From positions 1 to 64,000 of the IMG/VR virus record IMGVR_UViG_3300029516_000004: a DNA stretch of 64,000 nt; one strand, given 5' to 3'. The translations under genes were made by a program, and so were the position numbers. Below, one piece after another: positions 52,909 through 64,000 of the stretch; positions within the stretch are counted from its first letter, which is position 1; each line of letters opens with the position of its first letter. A model generated the notes under the pieces. That model made no database searches. It was given only the letters and a program-made list of their open reading frames with translations, and had not been told where the DNA came from. Source of the stretch: a virus (Duplodnaviria; Heunggongvirae; Uroviricota; Caudoviricetes).

Positions 52909-54126
52909 ATGCCAACTGAATATGCTCGCGACAACCTTGGTCGCTATCAGACTGATGGATTAAGTGCAAAAGACTTTAACAAGGTCTTCGATCTTATCCG
53001 TAAACAGCAGCGTCAGAATCGGCGAAACGCGCGACGTACACTCACCCCAAGGATTATGGGGATGCGTAACCGCGAACTTGAGGCATTCCTCAGCCTTGGG
53101 AAAAAGAAAGATGGCACCTACTTTACGCCCGAAGATATACGCAGCTTCGACACCTCAAGGCAGGCTCATAAAACAAAATTCAAGAGCACGGTACCCGGCA
53201 TTACCTATGCTCAGCTGGTGGCGCAGTCCACCAGCATTGATATAAAACGCGCTAACAACAAGGTTTCTGATGGCACAGGGATCAAAGCCGCGACATTCCT
53301 CGGGCTAAAACATAACCTTGCATTGATATCTGTTAATGCCTCGGATGAGTCTGTCCACCAGCATCACCGTGTCAGAATTCGATTTGAGGAATGGGATAAA
53401 GCCGTTGAGGAAATTGCTGAAGACGGTGCGAAAAAAGCCCGAATCGCTGCCGATCTCTGCAAGGGCCGGGTATCTTTCGACTGTGATTGTGGACGCCATC
53501 AATACTGGTATCGTTATATGGCCACGGCTGGTAACTATGCTGTCGCGCCGCCAAAAGAGTATGCATTCCCCAAGATCCGCAACCCTGATCTGACTGGTGT
53601 AGCCTGCAAACATGTATTGCACGCTATGACGCGTTTTCAGTCTCCCACATGGCACAAGGCCATCATTATTGCCCTGGAAAAAGCAGCTGAACAGGTGGCC
53701 TTCGGCGATGACAAGCGGAAGACAACAACCTATTTCAAAGGCGAACTGGCTAAATCACTCGCGCGCAACCGGACAACAACGACGGATCAGGCTAAAGCGG
53801 CGCGTGAGTATGAGTTATATCTGAAATCTCAGGATGCATTAGGCAAAAAACTACGCGCCAAAGATAGCGCCACGGACAACGTTCGCCGGTTGTTAAAAAA
53901 AGCTCGCACCACGGCAAACAGGAAGAATGCCGAACTAAAAGCATCGCGGGTGAGGGAAGCCCAAGCTCGCGCTGAAGCCGACGCTCTCAAAAAAGCCCTG
54001 CAAACGCAGGCGAACAACCTCATAAAGTTTTTCATGAGTCAGGGAATGGACAAGGCCGCTGCCACCGCGCAGGCGCGAAGCATTCTTGAGACACAAATTA
54101 ACGAAGCCCGTAAACGGAAAGGATAA
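52909..54126 (+). CDS. Virion structural/morphogenesis protein
   Basis: 405 aa, basic coiled-coil C-terminus; operon context. Confidence 0.55.
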   Translation: MPTEYARDNLGRYQTDGLSAKDFNKVFDLIRKQQRQNRRNARRTLTPRIMGMRNRELEAFLSLGKKKDGTYFTPEDIRSFDTSRQAHKTKFKSTVPGITYAQLVAQSTSIDIKRANNKVSDGTGIKAATFLGLKHNLALISVNASDESVHQHHRVRIRFEEWDKAVEEIAEDGAKKARIAADLCKGRVSFDCDCGRHQYWYRYMATAGNYAVAPPKEYAFPKIRNPDLTGVACKHVLHAMTRFQSPTWHKAIIIALEKAAEQVAFGDDKRKTTTYFKGELAKSLARNRTTTTDQAKAAREYELYLKSQDALGKKLRAKDSATDNVRRLLKKARTTANRKNAELKASRVREAQARAEADALKKALQTQANNLIKFFMSQGMDKAAATAQARSILETQINEARKRKG

Positions 54127-57273
<3,147 letters not shown>

Positions 57274-57274
57274 G

Positions 57275-57302
57275 AAAAGCCCGGCGATTGGGCTTTTCTT
57301 TT
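57275..57302. terminator. Bidirectional rho-independent terminator
   Basis: aaaagcccggcg-att-gggcttttctttt. Confidence 0.6.
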
Positions 57303-57318
57303 ATAATGGGTTCAATTT

Positions 57319-58317
57319 TTATCCGTTACCGCACGACGGTTTCTGCGTGATAAACGTTTCAAGCATCTTTTCCGCGATTGCCGACCAGGTGTGACACTGG
57401 ACCTTTTCAGCATTTTTCAGGCGATCAACGCGAGCAATCACCTCATCCCAATCAATCCGCGACTTGATAACCATATGGTTCACCAAAGCCAGGCGATCTG
57501 GCGGAAGGCAATCGGACGGCGTTAATATCAACGCCCCACACATTGCCGCCTCAAGAACAGTTAATCCAAGGCTTTCGGGATGCGTAACGATAAAAACGTC
57601 ACTCTTACGCAATTCAGCTGCAAATTCGGTTGCTGGCACCGGCGTCCGCCTGTATGGAGTTACCGAAATATTCCCCGGATCAATGGTAACCAATCCGTCA
57701 TCAGTCAACGTTCTGGCCTCATACGGAACGGTCAGACGCTGAAGGTTCATAAGGATACTTAAGGAGTGATCAAAACCACTAACATCAAATGCAGCGTGGT
57801 CTACAAAAATACGCAGAACATCGTCCGTTTTGGTTTCCAGATGGAACAGCTCCTGATTCGCTGCCCATCCAACATGTTTGTTAAAGCGATTATGACGTTC
57901 TAACCGACCGGGATTATCCAGGTACCGCCAGGTATCATCGCGGACAGTAAAAGTAATATCGACTGGTGCCGAATCCAGCATAGAACCGTCATATACCTGG
58001 GCTACCCATCCAGAGAATCGGCGACACAGTTGCATGCCTATTTCCCTGGGTACCGTAGTAAAATACCTCAATCCTGGTGCCAAAATGGCCTTCGCAGAAC
58101 ATGCTGTCGCAGCAGTCAACACAGCTTCAACATAATCCTCGGGGCTTTCGACGCCAGGGGAATATGGACGATGGTATTGCAATGTTACCCCTGCCTCACT
58201 AAAGGCGCAGGCCAGGTTATAAGACCACATTTCCGTATATGTTTTCACATCACTGATGGCTGCAAATTTTCGCCCAATGATCAGGATGTTCATCGGCTTT
58301 TCCTCATTCCATTGCAT
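57319..58317 (-). CDS. Glycosyltransferase-like protein downstream of ban (Dbn position)
   Basis: 332 aa; GT-B-like C-terminal block (FIVTHPESLGLTVLEAAMCGALIL); start overlaps ban stop. Confidence 0.55.
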   Translation of the reverse strand: MQWNEEKPMNILIIGRKFAAISDVKTYTEMWSYNLACAFSEAGVTLQYHRPYSPGVESPEDYVEAVLTAATACSAKAILAPGLRYFTTVPREIGMQLCRRFSGWVAQVYDGSMLDSAPVDITFTVRDDTWRYLDNPGRLERHNRFNKHVGWAANQELFHLETKTDDVLRIFVDHAAFDVSGFDHSLSILMNLQRLTVPYEARTLTDDGLVTIDPGNISVTPYRRTPVPATEFAAELRKSDVFIVTHPESLGLTVLEAAMCGALILTPSDCLPPDRLALVNHMVIKSRIDWDEVIARVDRLKNAEKVQCHTWSAIAEKMLETFITQKPSCGNG

Positions 58318-59687
58318 TAATAATCCTCTTGCCAGTCAGCACCGGCATAGTTATCAAACCGTGAGTATTGGCCGTTAAAAGCCAATCTCACCGTGCCAAT
58401 TGGGCCATTTCGTTGCTTTCCGATAATTACCTCGGCAATGCCCTTCATTTCGCTATCCGGGTGATAAACTTCGTCGCGATACAGAAACATAATCAGGTCT
58501 GCGTCCTGCTCAATTGCTCCTGATTCACGTAAATCTGAATTTACCGGTCGTTTGTCCGCACGCTGTTCAAGCGATCGATTAAGTTGTGACAATGCCACCA
58601 CCGGTACTTGTAATTCCTTCGCCAACGCCTTCAGTGAGCGAGAAATCTCGGCAATTTCCAGCGTTCGGTTATCTTGCAGCTCGGGGACGCGCATAAGTTG
58701 CAGGTAGTCGATCATAATCATGCTCAAACCACCATTTTCTTTATAAACACGACGAGCGCGGGAACGTAGCTCTGTCGGCGTCAGGGCGCTTGAGTCATCA
58801 ATAAAAATATTCTGCTTGTCCAACAGAATACCCATTGCGCCAGAAACCCGCGCCCAATCCTCGTCGTTAAGTTGCCCTGTCCGAATACGAGTCTGATCAA
58901 CGCGTGCAAGAGAAGCCAGTGAGCGCATCATCAGCTGGTGGCTCGGCATCTCAAGGCTAAAAACCAATACGGGCTTATCGTTACGAACTGCGGCATTTTC
59001 GACGAGATTCATCGCAAACGTGGTCTTCCCCATAGATGGGCGGGCGGCGACAATGATGAGATCGGACGGCTGAAGCCCTGCCGTCTTCTTATTGAGATCG
59101 GTAAATCCCGTATCAAGCCCCGTTACACCATCATGTGGTCGCTGAAACAACTCTTCTATGCGAGATACCGTTGCATCGAGAATGCTGGCGATATCTTTTG
59201 GACCACTACCGCTCTTTTGTCGTTTTTCAGCTATTTCAAAAACGCGGCGCTCGGCCATATCCAGCAATTCATTGCTGCCCCTGCCATCCTGCGCATATCC
59301 AGCTTCGGCTATTTCATTTGCGACGGAAATCATTTCACGAACAACCGCGCGTTCACGAACGATATCCGCATAAGCACAAATATTTGCCGCGCTGGGCGTG
59401 TTCTTTGACATCTCCGCAAGGTACGCAAAACCACCGGCGCGTTCTAATTTACCGTTCTGTTCAAGTGCTTCAGCAAGTGTTATCAAATCAATCGGTTTGC
59501 CATGACTTAATAACCTCTCCATCTCACTGAAAATTTCACGATGAGCACTGGTATAAAAATCATCAGCAACTATACGATCTGCAACTTCATCCCAGCGGCA
59601 GTTATCAAGCATTAAGCCACCAAGTACAGCTTGTTCTGCACTAAGGGAATTTGGCATGGATTCAAGAGGGGATGCAGACATTAGCAC
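58317..59687 (-). CDS. ban: Ban replicative DNA helicase (DnaB family)
   Basis: 456 aa; Walker A ARPSMGKTTFAMN, DnaB motifs through C-terminus. Confidence 0.92.
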   Translation of the reverse strand: MLMSASPLESMPNSLSAEQAVLGGLMLDNCRWDEVADRIVADDFYTSAHREIFSEMERLLSHGKPIDLITLAEALEQNGKLERAGGFAYLAEMSKNTPSAANICAYADIVRERAVVREMISVANEIAEAGYAQDGRGSNELLDMAERRVFEIAEKRQKSGSGPKDIASILDATVSRIEELFQRPHDGVTGLDTGFTDLNKKTAGLQPSDLIIVAARPSMGKTTFAMNLVENAAVRNDKPVLVFSLEMPSHQLMMRSLASLARVDQTRIRTGQLNDEDWARVSGAMGILLDKQNIFIDDSSALTPTELRSRARRVYKENGGLSMIMIDYLQLMRVPELQDNRTLEIAEISRSLKALAKELQVPVVALSQLNRSLEQRADKRPVNSDLRESGAIEQDADLIMFLYRDEVYHPDSEMKGIAEVIIGKQRNGPIGTVRLAFNGQYSRFDNYAGADWQEDY

Positions 59688-59967
59688 TCCACCCAGGCGT
59701 GCTGAATGTCAGATATAATCGGCATACTCAAATCACTCCTAACGATATGAGTCATCACCAGAAAATCAGGATTAATGCGCCGGACTCTTCCCGGCTGTCA
59801 CACCGAATCGCCAGGATGGTGAATCCCTTTACCCGAGAAACAACAAACGGTGGCTTGCACATTCCGGCTACCTGGTTCGTTGCCTGAGCTAGGGGCAAGG
59901 TTCCCCCCTTTTAACGTCACCAGACCGCTAACGACGCATGTGCTAGACGCCGTGTTACAACCAAATA

Positions 59968-60043
59968 TGGTGGCCCCTACCGGACTTGAACCGGTGACCG
60001 TGCGATTATGAGTCGCCAGCTCTAACCACTGAGCTAAAGGGCC
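59968..60043 (-). tRNA. tRNA-Ile (anticodon CAU, ileX-like)
   Basis: Cloverleaf GGCCCTT...AGGGGCCACCA, anticodon loop CUCAUAA; resembles E. coli ileX as recalled. Confidence 0.85.
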
Positions 60044-60046
60044 GGA

Positions 60047-60154
60047 TTACTGTTTCCTGAGTGCTTCTATGACGCCAGCAATACCGCCTACAACTATGCC
60101 AGCAATGACAACGAGAACAATTGGATGCTTGTCAGCAAAATCCCAGAAGCCCAT
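60047..60154 (-). CDS. 35-aa membrane peptide
   Basis: MGFWDFADKHPIVLVVIAGIVVGGIAGVIEALRKQ; start overlaps upstream stop; ends 3 nt before tRNA-Ile. Confidence 0.35.
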   Translation of the reverse strand: MGFWDFADKHPIVLVVIAGIVVGGIAGVIEALRKQ

Positions 60155-60318
60155 CACTGATCCTTAGAAGCTGTTTTTAATATCGGCCATACCAATGTTA
60201 CAGCTACTGCTACCAACGCCCCGTCGGATAAAACCGACAGGATTGTGCTGGTGAAATCCACCAGCACAGATAGCACGAGAAAAACCAAAGCCAGAATTAG
60301 ACGTGCTTTTATAACCAT
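60154..60318 (-). CDS. 54-aa membrane protein
   Basis: MVIKARLILALVFLVLSVLVDFTSTILSVLSDGALVAVAVTLVWPILKTASKDQ; start overlaps TerB-like stop. Confidence 0.4.
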   Translation of the reverse strand: MVIKARLILALVFLVLSVLVDFTSTILSVLSDGALVAVAVTLVWPILKTASKDQ

Positions 60319-60743
60319 CAGATATACTGTTCCAGTGGCAATTGAAGAGCCTGGGCAATTTTCTTCAATTGCTCCTGCTCTTCTGCCCCAATGCCATCCT
60401 GGTCAGCAATATCAATGCATAGGCACAGAACATCTACCGCATCATTAGTTCCAGACACGTCAGCCAGTTCACGTAAAGCCTGGGCATTCGCTCGGCGCGG
60501 CGAGGCTTCATATTGAGCGCGAATATTGGCACTCATCTGGGCAATTTCACCGGAGAACGGCGCAAAGGCAGGAAGTGCTGCAATGGTTTTTTCCAATACT
60601 GCAATTTCTTTCGCATCGCAGGTGCCGTCAGAGTATGCAATGGAATATGCGCCCCAGACAGTCGCTTCCACCGCATCACGGTTTTCCATCTTCTTGACTC
60701 CGCCAGCCGCTTTGCGGAATTTCTTTTTGAGAATGCCGAGCAT
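60318..60743 (-). CDS. TerB-like protein (Tci family)
   Basis: 141 aa; TerB-type pattern (DGTCDAKEIAVLEKTIAAL...GAEEQEQLKKIAQAL); GAGG RBS. Confidence 0.7.
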   Translation of the reverse strand: MLGILKKKFRKAAGGVKKMENRDAVEATVWGAYSIAYSDGTCDAKEIAVLEKTIAALPAFAPFSGEIAQMSANIRAQYEASPRRANAQALRELADVSGTNDAVDVLCLCIDIADQDGIGAEEQEQLKKIAQALQLPLEQYI

Positions 60744-60922
60744 TTATTAACCTCATTACTGGTTGGGAAATAAGGTTGCGGTGCCGGGTGCCTCCCGGTG
60801 TCCTTTAGCTGGTTATCCACCGTGGACGGGGAAATAAGGAGAAATAATGGACAGATATAACCATTTCCCCGCGTGCGCTTAGCCGCATTCACCGCAACGG
60901 AAAGAGCATTCCTGGTGGACCT

Positions 60923-60947
60923 GTAGATTGGGATATGAACCCGTTAC
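60923..60947. repeat. 25-bp direct repeat copy A (loop of a 10-bp-stem hairpin)
   Basis: gtagattgggatatgaacccgttac flanked by aagagcattc / gaatgctctt. Confidence 0.7.
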
Positions 60948-61201
60948 AGGAGAATGCTCTTACCTGTTACGTGCTCCGTTTCGTGGAGCTAACGGCGGGT
61001 GATCGGGCCGCACCAGACTGGACTTATTTCAGCGTTATGCTCATGCCAGAGAATCAAACTGTGATGGTCGGTGCTGAACTCCGACACAGGGTTGTAGCAA
61101 GCCCCGCAAAGCGCGCACTACTGTAGTTGCGGCACATCAGCCTGTGCATTCACCACAATGTTGAGAACACTGGTTGTCACGCTGCAACGCAACATTTATT
61201 C

Positions 61202-61226
61202 GTAGATTGGGATATGACCCCGTTAC
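61202..61226. repeat. 25-bp direct repeat copy B (loop of a 19-bp-stem hairpin)
   Basis: gtagattgggatatgaccccgttac (24/25) flanked by acaatgttgagaacactgg / ccagtgttctcaacgttgt. Confidence 0.7.
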
Positions 61227-61392
61227 GCCAGTGTTCTCAACGTTGTTGTGCCGGTTACGGTTCCGGCCAGGCCTCTTCCTCAACGGGGTGTTCTCCATAC
61301 GGACTACCGTTTATTGGTCGTTCCTGCGGTTTATGTTGTGAAGCCAGATGCTTATCTTCTGGTTGCTTCAAAGAGCTGCACTTCATCACAAC

Positions 61393-61470
61393 GGTAAGGG
61401 TACTTCGTAGGGATTCGAACCCTCTGCCAAGCTCGGCGATCTCCGACGTCGCAAAATACCCTTACCTGTT
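61393..61470 (-). other. tRNA-like fragment closed by a perfect 10-bp stem
   Basis: GGTAAGGGTA...TACCCTTACC encloses a T-arm-like AGGGTTCGAATCCCT; no full cloverleaf. Confidence 0.25.
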
Positions 61471-61474
61471 GTGC

Positions 61475-61550
61475 TGGTGCCGATTAACGGACTCGAACCG
61501 CTGACATCCTGCTTACAAGGCAGGCGCTCTACCAACTGAGCTAAACCGGC
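61475..61550 (-). tRNA. tRNA-Thr (anticodon UGU)
   Basis: GCCGGTTTAGCTCAGTTGGTAGAGC...CTTGTAA...GGTTCGAGTCC...ACCA. Confidence 0.9.
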
Positions 61551-61552
61551 AT

Positions 61553-61628
61553 TGGCGATGGTGGATGGATTTGAACCATCGACCCGTTGATTAACAGTCA
61601 ACCGCTCTAACCGCTGAGCTACACCATC
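61553..61628 (-). tRNA. tRNA-Asn (anticodon GUU)
   Basis: GATGGTGTAGCTCAGCGGTTAGAGC...CTGTTAA...GGTTCAAATCC...GCCA; 2 nt from tRNA-Thr. Confidence 0.9.
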
Positions 61629-62294
61629 ACTTGCCGGGTACGTCTCCGGCGAGGGCTTCCACCTCCGTATGCTTTTCGGCGCACCGCGCCCTGGCTGCAA
61701 TTCGGTAACAGGGGATGCACAACCCTGGCTTCCAGCGTGATTAGCGCCTTCAGCATGACGGGATATACCCGTAAATTCGTGGAACTGTACCCAAAGTGCT
61801 GTTAAGCACCGCTGTTACGCTGAAAAGAAAACGCAACAGGAAAGGACGCTGACCAACAGATGGCCCCTTCTCGTTCATCTGGTTAATCACACCAGCGCCC
61901 TTACCTGTTGTGCCTCCCCGTTCCCTAATACACAGACGGGGACACTCTGCGGTCGATTTTTTTGACGGGGGACGACTCATACCCCGTGGCATCTGGTTTC
62001 TTAGGCCGCTACCATCATCAGATCATCGTTTGCATTTACTTTAATGGTCAGTTTCTAAACCGCCGCAAAGTCGCTAACCATGACGAAAACCCTGAAAAAA
62101 ACGCCCACCCGAAGATGGGCAAACTGGAAGCTCGTAACGCACTTCGGCGTTGCCACTTAGGCGCATGGTCAACCTGGCAACTCGGTGGTTTGTCTGGGAG
62201 GACTAGGCCCAGCCATGCTTACCGCCGCGCCTGTCGCGGCTAACAGCTAAATCGCTCTATAAATCACGATTCATTGAGGCGATATTACACTAAT

Positions 62295-62311
62295 AAATTT
62301 ATTAGAGCAAT
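62295..62311 (-). promoter_or_regulatory. C1 operator, perfect consensus, heading the tRNA-tci-ban transcription unit
   Basis: Minus strand reads ATTGCTCTAATAAATTT 17/17; overlaps dmt stop codon. Confidence 0.8.
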
Positions 62312-64000
62312 ATACCCAAAACATCATGAGCTACACCTCGAGTGTCCCCCTTACAAGACACAGAACGTCTGGCAAAAAGATGTTCCACTCTGAAACCACT
62401 GTCATGATAAAGCTCTCTGATGTTTGGCGCGCCACTGTTAGTAATGAGAACCTTTGCACCTCGACGATGAGCATCCGTCAACAGAGACACCAGGCGTTTT
62501 TGCTCTTCAAACTTAAAGTCATGACCGGAATAGTTCGTGAATCCCTCTGTATTTGGAAGCGGTTCATACGGCGGATCGCAAAAGATGACATCTCCTTCTC
62601 CGGCAGCTTCAATCACCGCTGCAAAATCACCGCATACAAACTCAGACCGCCCTTCCGCACCGAGGAAGGCTTCCATCTCCTGTAATGGGAAATACGGAGT
62701 TTTATACTTCCCATAACCGACATTGAACTCACCGGCCTGGTTGTAACGCGTCAATCCGTTAAAACAATGTCGGTTCAGGAACAAAAACGCCGCTGCGCGA
62801 TGTAAATCATCATAGACTTGTTTGTTAAACGCATTCCGTACTGCCAGGAATCCCTCCTGGGTGTTGTAGTCCAAGAAGAAACGATGTGCCAGAGTGATAA
62901 GTGAATGCGCCTCGCGTTGCAGAATCTTGTAAAAGTTAATCAGGTCAGCATTCACATCATTTAGCAGATTTTCCTGGTATCCGGCATTCATGAAGACAGC
63001 TCCACCACCGACGAAAGGTTCAATCAGGCGCTTCCCTTCTGGCAAATAGCGAAAGATTTGTTCCAGAACACCAAATTTTCCACCAGCCCATTTGAATATG
63101 GACCGTTCGAATTCTGCCGCTGGTTTAACTTTTCGCTCTTTTGTTTCACGCCCTTCATTCTGCCGACATGCAGCCTTGGTTATCCGCTCGCCAATCCAGC
63201 GCATTACTGGTATCGCCATACTATTGCCGATCGCTTTGTAACGCGGTCCGTCAGCTGCAAGCATTGCGGCCTCTTCTTCGTTCAAATCAGGAGAGTTTTT
63301 GCGAAGGTATGCCAGTTCATCTGAAGAAACTTTTTTACGCTTTTCCGTAGGGATCAATGTATGTCCATCAGGAAAACCTTGCAGCCTTTCACATTCGACA
63401 GGGGTAAGACGGCGCATTCTACCGTCGCCGAGCAATACAATTGGTGCTTCATGGTTACATGTCAAAGTTGGTGCCGAATTATCGGTTTTTATCTCAGCCC
63501 CTCCTTGCCCATGTGCCATGGCAACTATGTTTGTATCATCGCAAGATCTGATAGCGATGTCTGAAGTATATCTGGTAGTTTCCTTCCCCTCGCCTCTGCT
63601 CGGCGCAATATTCCGGCGCACGCCTTCGAACTCAAAAAGTACCGTTGCGGGATCGAGGTCTGTTCGAGCACTTGCGACAACAAACACGCGTCGGCGTCGT
63701 TGTGCCACTCCGAAGTATTGGGCATCAAGGATTCTCCAGGCCACCTTTCGCTGCGGTCCATAAATACAACCACACTGCGGCCACTTTGGAACATGGCAAC
63801 CGGTTTTGCCATCCCACCGCCAGAACGCGTTGCTTTTTCCTGATTCAGGTCGATCACCTGGTTCAAATGGCACATCTTCTCCAGCCAATCCAGCAAGGAA
63901 ACATCCGAAGGCGTTATCTGCCGATGACAAGACTCCTGGGACATTTTCCCAGACGATAACGGCTGGTTTGAGAAATGACTCAGCCCGTTTGTCGTCAATT
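62302..64000 (-). CDS. dmt: Dmt DNA methyltransferase (C5-cytosine MTase fused to Dam-like N6-adenine MTase), 5'-partial
   Basis: Frame open to window end; C5 motifs ENV (IVWENVPGV), QRRRRVF, RLTPVECERLQGFPD, GNSMAIPV, then Dam-like domain with FVGGGAVF and DPPY. Confidence 0.8.
   Translation of the reverse strand, partial: IDDKRAESFLKPAVIVWENVPGVLSSADNAFGCFLAGLAGEDVPFEPGDRPESGKSNAFWRWDGKTGCHVPKWPQCGCIYGPQRKVAWRILDAQYFGVAQRRRRVFVVASARTDLDPATVLFEFEGVRRNIAPSRGEGKETTRYTSDIAIRSCDDTNIVAMAHGQGGAEIKTDNSAPTLTCNHEAPIVLLGDGRMRRLTPVECERLQGFPDGHTLIPTEKRKKVSSDELAYLRKNSPDLNEEEAAMLAADGPRYKAIGNSMAIPVMRWIGERITKAACRQNEGRETKERKVKPAAEFERSIFKWAGGKFGVLEQIFRYLPEGKRLIEPFVGGGAVFMNAGYQENLLNDVNADLINFYKILQREAHSLITLAHRFFLDYNTQEGFLAVRNAFNKQVYDDLHRAAAFLFLNRHCFNGLTRYNQAGEFNVGYGKYKTPYFPLQEMEAFLGAEGRSEFVCGDFAAVIEAAGEGDVIFCDPPYEPLPNTEGFTNYSGHDFKFEEQKRLVSLLTDAHRRGAKVLITNSGAPNIRELYHDSGFRVEHLFARRSVSCKGDTRGVAHDVLGILL

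Noticed and set aside
60744-61400. Track ORFs 60533-60892(-), 60935-61126(+), 61127-61504(+) as protein genes
   Set aside because: Overlap hairpin/repeat structure, lack RBS, Cys/Arg-rich low-complexity translations; region judged non-coding structured RNA.
63525-63998. Alternative minus-strand frame with a methyltransferase-like peptide (YFLSSKACAGILRRAE) overlapping dmt
   Set aside because: The dmt frame through the same nucleotides carries the ordered ENV...QRRRR...GNS motifs without a stop; the overlapping frame is treated as coincidental unless an indel is shown.

Overview
This window is a contiguous segment of a P1-family temperate phage / phage-plasmid of Enterobacteriaceae. All calls were made by reading the sequence and the supplied ORF track; no searches were run and similarities are from memory. 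Diagnostic backbone: an exact 34-bp loxP (32389-32422) beside cre, the C1 repressor with coi, pacA/pacB with a GATC-clustered pac site, lpa, phd-doc, ban helicase with tRNA-Ile/Thr/Asn and TerB-like genes, dmt, ssb, a SAR endolysin, the darA operon and the 2255-aa DarB, plus about ten C1-operator-like sites. Accessory cargo sits at three places: (i) a type IC restriction-modification locus with an embedded PrrC anticodon nuclease (hsdM-hsdS-prrC-hsdR) next to phd-doc; (ii) an AT-rich AraC-regulator/EAL-domain pair and an MBL-hydrolase/GlxA/SnoaL cassette with a decayed serine recombinase between lxc and cre, where P1 carries res-mod; (iii) a terminase-large-subunit paralog with mutated Walker A/B motifs plus a partner gene in the ssb operon. 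The tail-fibre inversion switch is decayed (invertase pseudogene, alternate fibre genes lost). The strongest unexplained signal is a 12-nt motif present three times, arranged like a trans-acting antisense small RNA and its targets, one being a 28-aa hydrophobic peptide behind a C1 operator. Two hairpins that display the same 25-nt loop lie in the tRNA/tci leader. No rRNA, CRISPR array or intact IS element was seen. Gene names follow P1 by position and size and are less certain than the domain calls.
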